DNA of 31,319 nt from Flavobacteriales bacterium (GTDB lineage: Bacteria; Bacteroidota; Bacteroidia; NS11-12g; UBA955), in NCBI GenBank assembly GCA_947464515.1, contig CANHXF010000001.1:1-31319 (forward strand). The letters are read 5' to 3'. Each line of letters starts with the position of its first letter. Position 1 is the stretch's first letter. A model generated the notes under the pieces. That model was given only the letters and a program-made list of their open reading frames with translations. It did not search any database and was not told the DNA's origin. A program made the position numbers and the translations under genes. Below, piece after piece: positions 9,480 to 17,440 of the stretch.

Positions 9480-9890
9480 TTACCGACTTACTTTTCGTAC
9501 TTCTATGTCCGCGTTACGCTTCTTATCTAAATAGTCGAATGGCCAAGGGTTTCTAACAATGATTAAACTATCAGTTGCGCTTATAACATCCAAATATGTG
9601 CAATCTTGAATAATCGTATCGCTTTGCTCAATTACTAAATCAGGGACTAACACAATTGTCATTTTTGCCCTTTTCGTATTTTCCAGAAAAAAATATTTAC
9701 CCTTTGAATGGAAAATCAAGTCGTCATGATGATTGCTACTATTATAAAATCCATTCTTAAAAGTAATATTAACAGAATAGTTTTTCAATACATATTTCCA
9801 TTTGCCATCAATGTTAATTTTGACACTTGCCGTATTTGTGCAGCTAGTGAAATTTAAAAATAAGAGGATAGCAACAATTACGGTTTTCAT
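9480..9890 (-). CDS. Hypothetical lipoprotein, possibly lipocalin-like fold
   Basis: 136-aa ORF with an SPII-type signal MKTVIVAILLFLNFTS-C, followed by an IDGKW motif reminiscent of lipocalin-like G-x-W. Confidence 0.65.
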   Translation of the reverse strand: MKTVIVAILLFLNFTSCTNTASVKINIDGKWKYVLKNYSVNITFKNGFYNSSNHHDDLIFHSKGKYFFLENTKRAKMTIVLVPDLVIEQSDTIIQDCTYLDVISATDSLIIVRNPWPFDYLDKKRNADIEVRKVSR

Positions 9891-10022
9891 TTTTTATTGT
9901 GTGTAAGTACCCCATTTTTTAAACTGGGTTAGATTCAACTTTTCAATTTTAAGTATTTATTTCTAAATATTTGTTGGGACTGAGTTTGTTTAATCCAGCA
10001 AAATGCAATATTCCACGAAGAC

Positions 10023-10047
10023 AAAGGCCACCCGTTGGGTGGCCTTT
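10023..10047 (-). terminator. Intrinsic terminator downstream of hppA
   Basis: AAAGGCCACCC-GTT-GGGTGGCCTTT, a perfect 11-bp stem about 55 nt after the hppA stop. Confidence 0.75.
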
Positions 10048-10100
10048 CCTTTTATTTCAAACCAACGGTGGGAGAGGAACTCCCAACATCAATCGCTAAC

Positions 10101-12575
10101 TTATTTTTTGTCTTTGCAACAAGCCTTCTTTTCAGGGGCTTCAACTTTCTTGTTCTTGCAGCAGGCATCGCCCTTGCTACAAGTTTTGTCGTTGTCTTCC
10201 TTGCAAGCAGGCTCGTTAGAGCAACCTTCGTGTCCTTTGCCAATGAACTTGCCATCTGCATCGTACATACCCATGCAAGCCGCTTTTTCGGTAGAATCGC
10301 AACCCATAGAATCGCACATCGCAGCGCACTGTTCTTTGGTTAGGGTAGCGCATTTGCTCATATCGCATTTGCCCATCATTTCCTTTTCGCAATGTTGCAT
10401 TTCAACACAAGCAGCGCCTTGCCCGTGGTTAGGACGTTCGCCGAAAGTTTTACCTGCAATGAAAGGAGCGATAACCAAAGAAACAATCGACATCAATTTG
10501 ATCAAAATGTTCATCGAAGGACCAGAAGTATCCTTGAAAGGATCACCTACTGTATCACCCGTTACAGACGCTTTGTGTGGCTCAGATTTTTTGTAGAACA
10601 TCTCGCCGTTGATCATTACACCCTTTTCGAAAGACTTCTTGGCGTTATCCCATGCACCACCGGCATTTGATTGGAAGATACCCATCAATACACCAGAAAC
10701 AGTAACACCGGCCAACATACCGCCCAATACTTCTGGACCGAACAAGAAACCCACAATGATGGGGGAGATCAAAGCAATCGCACCAGGTGCCAACATCTCG
10801 CGGATAGAAGCTTTGGTAGAAATTTCAACACACTTTTCGTATTCTGGTTGTGCTTTGTATTCCATGATACCTGGAATTTCGCGGAACTGTCTGCGAACTT
10901 CGTTCACCATGTCCATCGCAGCGCGACCTACAGCAGCAATTGCCAAAGAAGAGAAGATGAATGGAATCATACCACCCACAAACAAACCAGCCAATACTGG
11001 CGCTTTATAAATATCAATCGCAGTGATACCAGAGATACCCACGAAGGCAGCAAACAATGCCAAAGAAGTCAAGGCAGCAGAAGCAATCGCAAAACCTTTA
11101 CCCGTGGCAGCAGTGGTGTTACCAACCGCATCCAAATTGTCTGTACGTCCGCGAACTTCCTCAGGCAACTGACTCATTTCAGCGATACCACCTGCGTTGT
11201 CAGCGATTGGACCGAAAGCGTCAATGGCCAACTGCATCGCAGTAGTCGCCATCATACCGGCAGCGGCGATAGATACACCATACAAACCAGCGAAGTAGTA
11301 AGAACCCATGATACCACCAGCCAAAACCAAGATGGGCAATACAGTAGATTCCATACCCACACTCAAACCACCGATGATGTTGGTAGCGTGGCCAGTACCA
11401 GACTGACGGATGATCGACATTACAGGGCGTTTGCCCATGGCAGTATAGTATTCAGTGATGATACTCATCAAAGTACCCACGATCAATCCTACGATGATGG
11501 CAGCGAAAACACCGTCGCGGGTGAAATCTTCACCACGAACAGCATCAAACCAAGACATTTTCTCAGGCAACAAGTTCTGTACTACAAAATATGAAGCGAT
11601 ACCTGTTAAGGCGATTGAAGACCAGTTACCCAAGTTCAACGCTTTCTGTACGCTATCGGTTTCGTTTTTGATTCTTACAAACCAAGTTCCGATGATAGAG
11701 AATATCAATCCCAAGCCAGCGATAACCATTGGCAAAAGGATAGGAGAGAAGCCATTGTATTGATCATCTGCGTTGATTTCTTGACCCAAAACCATGGTAG
11801 CCAAGATGGTAGCCACATAAGAACCGAACAAATCGGCACCCATACCGGCAACGTCACCTACGTTATCACCTACGTTATCGGCGATGGTAGCAGGGTTACG
11901 AACATCGTCTTCAGGAATACCTGCTTCAACTTTACCCACCAAGTCAGCGCCAACATCGGCCGCTTTTGTGTAGATACCTCCGCCCACACGAGCGAACAAG
12001 GCGATACTTTCAGCACCCAAGGAGAAACCAGCCAATACTTCGATGGCGGTTTTCATCTCGTCGCTATTTACAGTTGTTACGTGAAATACCTGTAAGAATA
12101 CGATAAACAATGAACCCAATCCAATCACGGCCAAACCAGCAACACCCAATCCCATTACGGTTCCACCATTGAAAGAAACTTTCAAGGCTTGAGCCAAACT
12201 GGTACGAGCGGCCTGTGTTGTACGAACGTTTGCTTTGGTTGCGATATTCATTCCGATATAACCGGCTAAGGCTGACAATACAGCACCGATTACAAAAGAG
12301 ATTGCGATAATCCAGCTAGAGTGAATGGGATGCTCAGCAGTTCCTTTGAAGGTACCTGACCATGCCAACAAAATGCCAGCAATTACTACGAAGTAGCTTA
12401 ATACTTTCCATTCCGCTTTCAAAAAAGCCATGGCACCTTTGGCAATGTAGCCTGCCAATCGCTGCATGTTCTCGTCGCCCGCATCTTGCTTGGTAACCCA
12501 TGCACTTTTGATGGCCATCACGATGAGGCCAACAACGCCCAATAAAGGGACTAGGTAAAGAATACTATTTGTCAT
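10101..12575 (-). CDS. hppA: K+-dependent membrane-integral ion-pumping pyrophosphatase with Cys-rich C-terminal extension
   Basis: Canonical mPPase motifs [78 protein letters not shown]; many transmembrane helices. Confidence 0.97.
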   Translation of the reverse strand: MTNSILYLVPLLGVVGLIVMAIKSAWVTKQDAGDENMQRLAGYIAKGAMAFLKAEWKVLSYFVVIAGILLAWSGTFKGTAEHPIHSSWIIAISFVIGAVLSALAGYIGMNIATKANVRTTQAARTSLAQALKVSFNGGTVMGLGVAGLAVIGLGSLFIVFLQVFHVTTVNSDEMKTAIEVLAGFSLGAESIALFARVGGGIYTKAADVGADLVGKVEAGIPEDDVRNPATIADNVGDNVGDVAGMGADLFGSYVATILATMVLGQEINADDQYNGFSPILLPMVIAGLGLIFSIIGTWFVRIKNETDSVQKALNLGNWSSIALTGIASYFVVQNLLPEKMSWFDAVRGEDFTRDGVFAAIIVGLIVGTLMSIITEYYTAMGKRPVMSIIRQSGTGHATNIIGGLSVGMESTVLPILVLAGGIMGSYYFAGLYGVSIAAAGMMATTAMQLAIDAFGPIADNAGGIAEMSQLPEEVRGRTDNLDAVGNTTAATGKGFAIASAALTSLALFAAFVGISGITAIDIYKAPVLAGLFVGGMIPFIFSSLAIAAVGRAAMDMVNEVRRQFREIPGIMEYKAQPEYEKCVEISTKASIREMLAPGAIALISPIIVGFLFGPEVLGGMLAGVTVSGVLMGIFQSNAGGAWDNAKKSFEKGVMINGEMFYKKSEPHKASVTGDTVGDPFKDTSGPSMNILIKLMSIVSLVIAPFIAGKTFGERPNHGQGAACVEMQHCEKEMMGKCDMSKCATLTKEQCAAMCDSMGCDSTEKAACMGMYDADGKFIGKGHEGCSNEPACKEDNDKTCSKGDACCKNKKVEAPEKKACCKDKK

Positions 12576-12606
12576 GTTATTTTGTATGTATTAATCGAAT
12601 GAACCG

Positions 12607-12638
12607 CGAAAATAGGCAATAAATCGTGTAATAACCAA
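12607..12638 (-). promoter_or_regulatory. Putative Bacteroidota sigma-A promoter of hppA
   Basis: Minus strand TTGG-N20-TATTTTCG, one mismatch per element from the consensus TTTG-N19-21-TAnnTTTG. Confidence 0.5.
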
Positions 12639-12683
12639 TTGTGCTTGGTGTTGGCATTTAATTAATTGGTGGATAACAGAAAA

Positions 12684-14723
12684 TTAATTGTGTGTCAAAT
12701 TCACCTTTTCAGTAAACGTTTTGCCACCTTGATTGACGTGAATCAATAATAATTGGTCTGATAGGTCGTTGAAATTCAATTGACATTCACCGGCTTCCGA
12801 AGTAATGACAGTGGTGGTTTTCAATACCTGACCCGATAGATTTAATACCGATAATTCACATTTTGATGATGCCAACAAGCCGCCAATGATTAATTGACCA
12901 GTGCTTGGATTCGGATAGCAATGGATATTAGCCGCGTTGATTGTGTTGATTTCGGTTGTAATCGTTTGTCCAACGACGCCCATACTTAAATTTCTGTAGG
13001 ATCCAGAGCCTGTGGTTTCCCATCGAAAAGCCCTTACCGCATAGGTGTATTTGCCCTGATTGTTCCCCAATGGTGTGGATTTGCAATAGTCGAAATAGAA
13101 GGTATCCGTAGTTGTGTTTGCGGCTGATGGACAGTAAGAACTGATTTCTCTCCATTCTTGTTTTGTCTCGTCGATGCGATAAACGGCGTAGCCATCCACT
13201 TTTTCTTTTGATGCATTCCATTTAAGCAAGGTAGACCCTTGATTTTCTGCAATCACCAATTTTGTGGGAGGAGCTACTTGCAACATCGTAAGGGTTGGAT
13301 CGCCCATTAAGGCAATGAATACGCCATTCCAAGCACCATTGAAATTTCCATTGAAATAATCATTTAGATTGTTTTGGGTGATTTTTGCTCCGTAGCCAAT
13401 GTTTACGCCCATCGCCATGTGATGTAAATACCATTTGGGAATTCCGCCCCAGCAGCAAGCCAAAGAACCTGAAGCCAAAGAGGCACGCAACAAATTGTTT
13501 TTGCTATCCCAAGCGCCAAAAAAGCTACCCGCCATCATCGTAAAGGCATTGTTGAATTTTCCTTTGCTCGTTACAAAATCGGTGGTTGTTCCAATGCCAT
13601 TACAACTACTGTAACTGCCAGCGCCACATCCATAGCTCCAAAGATAGGAACCCTTATTTTGCTCGCTGAAATAATCCACTGCATCGGAAAGGCTGTCTAG
13701 CCCAACAAAGCAAGGAATGTTCTGGTAACCCGTTGATGCAAGGTTTAAGGTGCTGAAGTTATTGTCGATTAGGCCACGGCGGCGGAACGACATATTTCCG
13801 AGTCGGAAGTTGTGTACTCGGTTCAAGTATTCCTTTACTAGTAATGTATCGTTTTTTGAAAATTGATCCATACCGAACATGTCGATGCGACCCACTTCCA
13901 ATTCCACGGGGTTATCGACCACAGATTGATCGAATTTGCCATCGTTGGGAATATTGTGATGTCGGGGATCGCCACCTGTGGTACAAGTCACGTTTTGATC
14001 GCTCCAAAAACCTTCCAGTTCGCCATAGTATAAATCGGCAGGCCAAGCGCCGGTGTGGTTTCCTGAGCCTTCTACGTGACCATCTGGTGGCGGACGATCT
14101 CCGTTGCTAGAAAAATAGCCAGAATAGGGAACGGGAACATGTCCGATGATATAAATGGCTTTCGGACGGATAGAGGCTTTGTCGACAAACGCCTTGATTC
14201 TCAGTTTAACATCTTCCGCCTTTTCTTTTCGGCCAGCGAAAATGATGGTAGGGAAGTAGCCTGAAGAATAAAGGTCGGTGTACACCGTATTGATTTCTTT
14301 CGATAACGCTTTGATATACGAGCTATCTACCAAAAGGATGATTCCCCCTTTTTCGGCTTTGGGTATGAACTTGTTGCCGGCGTAGATGTATCCCAATGCT
14401 TCGGTAGTTGTACCATTGACTTTTGTCACCAAATATTCGCGGTCGGTTCCAACAGTGGCTGTCGCATCGGTCCAAGTATTTACGGTTCCGGCGAGCGTAG
14501 CATCAACGGCAGACCATACATTGTTATTGTGTACGAAATTTCTGTGATAGACCTTAAAGTTACCCGCATAGGTTTCTTTGGGCCAATTCAAAGTGATGCT
14601 GCCATCTGAATTTGCGGTGGCCGATAGTTGGACAACTTGCGTTTTTGCTACTTGGGCCGATGCATTGAATATTGGGAATATCAATGCCGACACGAATAAG
14701 AGAAGGTGTGTAAAATGCTTCAT
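12684..14723 (-). CDS. T9SS-secreted protein with peptidase C25 (gingipain)-like core, flanking Ig/FN3-like domains and type A CTD
   Basis: Signal peptide MKHFTHLLLFVSALIFPIFNASA from ATG 14723, supported by a TATATTTG -7 box at 14730..14737. C25-like landmarks IYIIGHVPVPY, ADLYYGE, ELEVGRID, ALMGDPTL. FN3-like LLKWNAS..VDGYAVYR. CTD CYPNPSTG...FTEKVNLTHN. Confidence 0.75.
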   Translation of the reverse strand: MKHFTHLLLFVSALIFPIFNASAQVAKTQVVQLSATANSDGSITLNWPKETYAGNFKVYHRNFVHNNNVWSAVDATLAGTVNTWTDATATVGTDREYLVTKVNGTTTEALGYIYAGNKFIPKAEKGGIILLVDSSYIKALSKEINTVYTDLYSSGYFPTIIFAGRKEKAEDVKLRIKAFVDKASIRPKAIYIIGHVPVPYSGYFSSNGDRPPPDGHVEGSGNHTGAWPADLYYGELEGFWSDQNVTCTTGGDPRHHNIPNDGKFDQSVVDNPVELEVGRIDMFGMDQFSKNDTLLVKEYLNRVHNFRLGNMSFRRRGLIDNNFSTLNLASTGYQNIPCFVGLDSLSDAVDYFSEQNKGSYLWSYGCGAGSYSSCNGIGTTTDFVTSKGKFNNAFTMMAGSFFGAWDSKNNLLRASLASGSLACCWGGIPKWYLHHMAMGVNIGYGAKITQNNLNDYFNGNFNGAWNGVFIALMGDPTLTMLQVAPPTKLVIAENQGSTLLKWNASKEKVDGYAVYRIDETKQEWREISSYCPSAANTTTDTFYFDYCKSTPLGNNQGKYTYAVRAFRWETTGSGSYRNLSMGVVGQTITTEINTINAANIHCYPNPSTGQLIIGGLLASSKCELSVLNLSGQVLKTTTVITSEAGECQLNFNDLSDQLLLIHVNQGGKTFTEKVNLTHN

Positions 14724-14824
14724 CGATTTCAAATATAGGATTTGACAATCAAATCGTTGCTTAATTGTGGATTCTGTGTGTATGAACATCAACGAAATCA
14801 CTTATTTTCGCATCCAAAATTGTA

Positions 14825-16027
14825 ATGAAGCATTTCAGGTTATTCTCGTTAATCGTTTTGGGACTATTGTCGGTCCAGTCGTTCGCACAAGGTTCAAAAC
14901 CCAAAAAGCCCGCTGCCAATGAGCAGAAAGAAATTTCACCAGCGGTTCAAATTTATTTTGAGACCAATAAATCGGTGATCAAGCCTGCGGAAATCGCAAA
15001 ATTGAAGCGGTTGTTAGACACCTTAGATACCAAGGATGAATTCCGTTTGATCCTTACAGGTCATACCGATTCTACTGGAAACGATGAATTGAACTTGAAA
15101 TTGTCTCAAGCCCGTGTGGATGGTGTGTTTCAGTATTTGACTGATAACGACATTGAAGGCGATTGGATGATGCGTCAATATTTTGGTCGTGCCAAGCCTC
15201 GTGAAAAAGAGGAAACTTCTGAAGAGAAGAAGGCCAAAAACAGAAGGGTAGAGATTACCATTTTGGAAAAGCCAAAGCCCATCGAAAAGCCAAAGCCAAA
15301 ACCTGTTTACAAGGATACTTGTACCCGCGACACTACTGTGTTTATTAGCGGATTGGGTATAACAATGAAGGCTTGTGATCTTGCCAAGTTGTGTCCGAGA
15401 GGAACATCGAACTGTATCAAAATCAAAAAGATGACATCCATCGAAGAATTGATTGGCAGTGGCATTCCATTGAATACAGCAAAAGGAGAAGGTTTGAACT
15501 GGGGTGGTGCTTATGAAGTCCGCATGCCTGGTGATAGCTGTGCTGTTGTTCCAGTAACGATGACGGTTTCTTTGGATGCTGCGGTTTATAAGAAAGCCAA
15601 ATTGCAAGTGTATACCAGAGATGGTGAAACGGGTGTGAAGCCTGATAAGACCAAGAAATTGGGTGTGGCCAAAGGAAAAGAGCAGAATAAATATTCGTTC
15701 CCTCTTTCTTGCAATGGTTCTTACTTAATCTGCGGTGGCGTGGGTAAGTCAAAAACTGCCATCATCCAAGACAAAACGGGCAGAGCGGATGAGATGTATG
15801 TGATTTCTCAAAGTACGATGGCAATCATTCCTTGCAAGAAAATCGGCAAAGGCAAATGGGAGGTATCGTACAGTAAAATTGAAGATCCAACATTGACGAT
15901 TAAATTGTCTGATGGGGAAACTGTGGTATCCGACATCAATATGAATAGTGTTCGTAAAATGAAAAAGCCAGGTATTCTTCGCAAGAAATACAAGGTTAAA
16001 ATGAAGCACCTAAACAGCGCTAGTTAA
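14825..16027 (+). CDS. OmpA-family protein: N-terminal peptidoglycan-binding OmpA-like domain plus uncharacterised C-terminal domain
   Basis: Signal peptide; IYFETNKS, LTGHTDSTG, NLKLSQARV and NRRVEI motifs; Pro/Lys linker EKPKPIEKPKPKP; TATTTTCG -7 box at 14803..14810. Confidence 0.85.
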   Translation: MKHFRLFSLIVLGLLSVQSFAQGSKPKKPAANEQKEISPAVQIYFETNKSVIKPAEIAKLKRLLDTLDTKDEFRLILTGHTDSTGNDELNLKLSQARVDGVFQYLTDNDIEGDWMMRQYFGRAKPREKEETSEEKKAKNRRVEITILEKPKPIEKPKPKPVYKDTCTRDTTVFISGLGITMKACDLAKLCPRGTSNCIKIKKMTSIEELIGSGIPLNTAKGEGLNWGGAYEVRMPGDSCAVVPVTMTVSLDAAVYKKAKLQVYTRDGETGVKPDKTKKLGVAKGKEQNKYSFPLSCNGSYLICGGVGKSKTAIIQDKTGRADEMYVISQSTMAIIPCKKIGKGKWEVSYSKIEDPTLTIKLSDGETVVSDINMNSVRKMKKPGILRKKYKVKMKHLNSAS

Positions 16028-16032
16028 TTACC

Positions 16033-16560
16033 ATGCAGCAACTTACCAATCGTTCACAGCCGGTCATGGATAAAAAAATGACCTTCTCTGAGAGGATCTA
16101 TTTACCGGCAATTTTGGGCGGTATGTGGATTACCCTCAAGCACTTCTTTCGCAAACCAGCGACATCTCAATATCCGGAGCAAGTTCGCTCTCGTTCAGAG
16201 GTTTATCGCGGTCAACACGTGTTAAAGCTAGATGATCAAGGAAAAGAACGTTGCACTGCTTGCGGTTTGTGTGCCGTTGCATGTCCTGCCGAAGCAATCA
16301 CTATGGTGGCTGCGGAAAGAGAAAAAGGAGAAGAGCATTTGTATCGTGAAGAAAAATATGCAGCAACCTATGAAATCAATATGTTGCGTTGCATTTTCTG
16401 CGGTTTGTGTGAAGAAGCCTGTCCAAAGCAAGCCATTTTCCTTACCGATCGCATCGTAGATGCAGAATTTGGAAGAGAAGATTTCATTTACGGCAAAGAC
16501 AAGTTGGTTGAGACTGTAGATGCTCGCATTGATATCACTAAACGCCAAGTCTGGTCCTAA
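16033..16560 (+). CDS. nuoI: NADH-quinone oxidoreductase subunit I
   Basis: Two 4Fe-4S motifs, CTACGLCAVACP and CIFCGLCEEACP; T.QYPE motif. Confidence 0.95.
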   Translation: MQQLTNRSQPVMDKKMTFSERIYLPAILGGMWITLKHFFRKPATSQYPEQVRSRSEVYRGQHVLKLDDQGKERCTACGLCAVACPAEAITMVAAEREKGEEHLYREEKYAATYEINMLRCIFCGLCEEACPKQAIFLTDRIVDAEFGREDFIYGKDKLVETVDARIDITKRQVWS

Positions 16561-16570
16561 TTTTATAACT

Positions 16571-17113
16571 ATGTTTCAGAACTTACCGATTCCCTTTTTG
16601 ATATTGTCGTTTCTCACGATTTTATCGTCGTTGTACGTCGTGACAAGTAAAAACCCAGTACACAGCGTATTGGCATTGATTTTTACTTTCTTTACGATAT
16701 CAGCGCATTATGTATTATTGAACGCCCAGTTTTTGGCTGTCGTTAATTTGATCGTCTACGCCGGAGCCATCATGGTTTTGTTTCTATTCGTTTTGATGCT
16801 TTTAAATCTGAGCAAAGAGACTGAGCCGGTGAAATCGAATTGGTGGGGTATTGCTGCTGCCATTACCGCCGGTTCTATGCTGTTGATTGTCACCGCTGCT
16901 TTTCAAGTCACAGGAGAAGCGGTTGCAAAGAACCCAGTAGAAGGCATCGGATTGGTGAAAGCGTTGGGAAAAGTTTTATTTACTCGTTTTGTGGTGCCAT
17001 TCGAATTGACAGGTATTTTGTTCTTGGCTGCGATGGTAGGTGCCGTTTTGTTGGGCAAGAGAGAAAAGAACAATGCAGTATTAATCCCTAAAGAAGAAGG
17101 AGGCAATTCATGA
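16571..17113 (+). CDS. nuoJ: NADH-quinone oxidoreductase subunit J
   Basis: [45 protein letters not shown] at 16571 preferred to the track start at 16520. Confidence 0.93.
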   Translation: MFQNLPIPFLILSFLTILSSLYVVTSKNPVHSVLALIFTFFTISAHYVLLNAQFLAVVNLIVYAGAIMVLFLFVLMLLNLSKETEPVKSNWWGIAAAITAGSMLLIVTAAFQVTGEAVAKNPVEGIGLVKALGKVLFTRFVVPFELTGILFLAAMVGAVLLGKREKNNAVLIPKEEGGNS

Positions 17114-17436
17114 ACTTGTTAAGTATATTTAATCAGGTGGAAATCAGCCACTACATCTATCTAAGCACCGTGTTGTTTAGCATAGGTTTATTTGGTGTGT
17201 TGTTTCGTCGTAACGCCATCATCTTGTTGATGTGTATCGAATTGATGCTTAACGCAGTGAACCTGTTGTTTACGGCTTTTTCAACCTATATGGGCGATGC
17301 CGACGGTCAGATATTTGTATTTTTTATCATGGTGGTAGCAGCGGCGGAAGCGGCAGTAGGCTTGGCCATTTTGGTTTTGGTGTATCGCAATACGCGCAAA
17401 ACGGATGTGAGTTTCTTAGACCAATTAAAAGGATAG
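17110..17436 (+). CDS. nuoK: NADH-quinone oxidoreductase subunit K
   Basis: [31 protein letters not shown]; ATGA overlap with nuoJ. Confidence 0.95.
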   Translation: MNLLSIFNQVEISHYIYLSTVLFSIGLFGVLFRRNAIILLMCIELMLNAVNLLFTAFSTYMGDADGQIFVFFIMVVAAAEAAVGLAILVLVYRNTRKTDVSFLDQLKG

Positions 17437-17440
17437 AGGT

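Noticed and set aside
10003-11763. Long plus-strand ORFs (197, 133 and 307 aa among others) opposite hppA
   Set aside because: They are antisense shadows of a well-supported gene, with no family motifs or independent promoter seen.
14724-14801. N-terminal extensions in the ORF track (starts 14801, 7219, 7944, 8684, 16520, 4574)
   Set aside because: Downstream ATGs give clean signal peptides or family-typical starts, and at 14723 a -7 box lies within the supposed extension.
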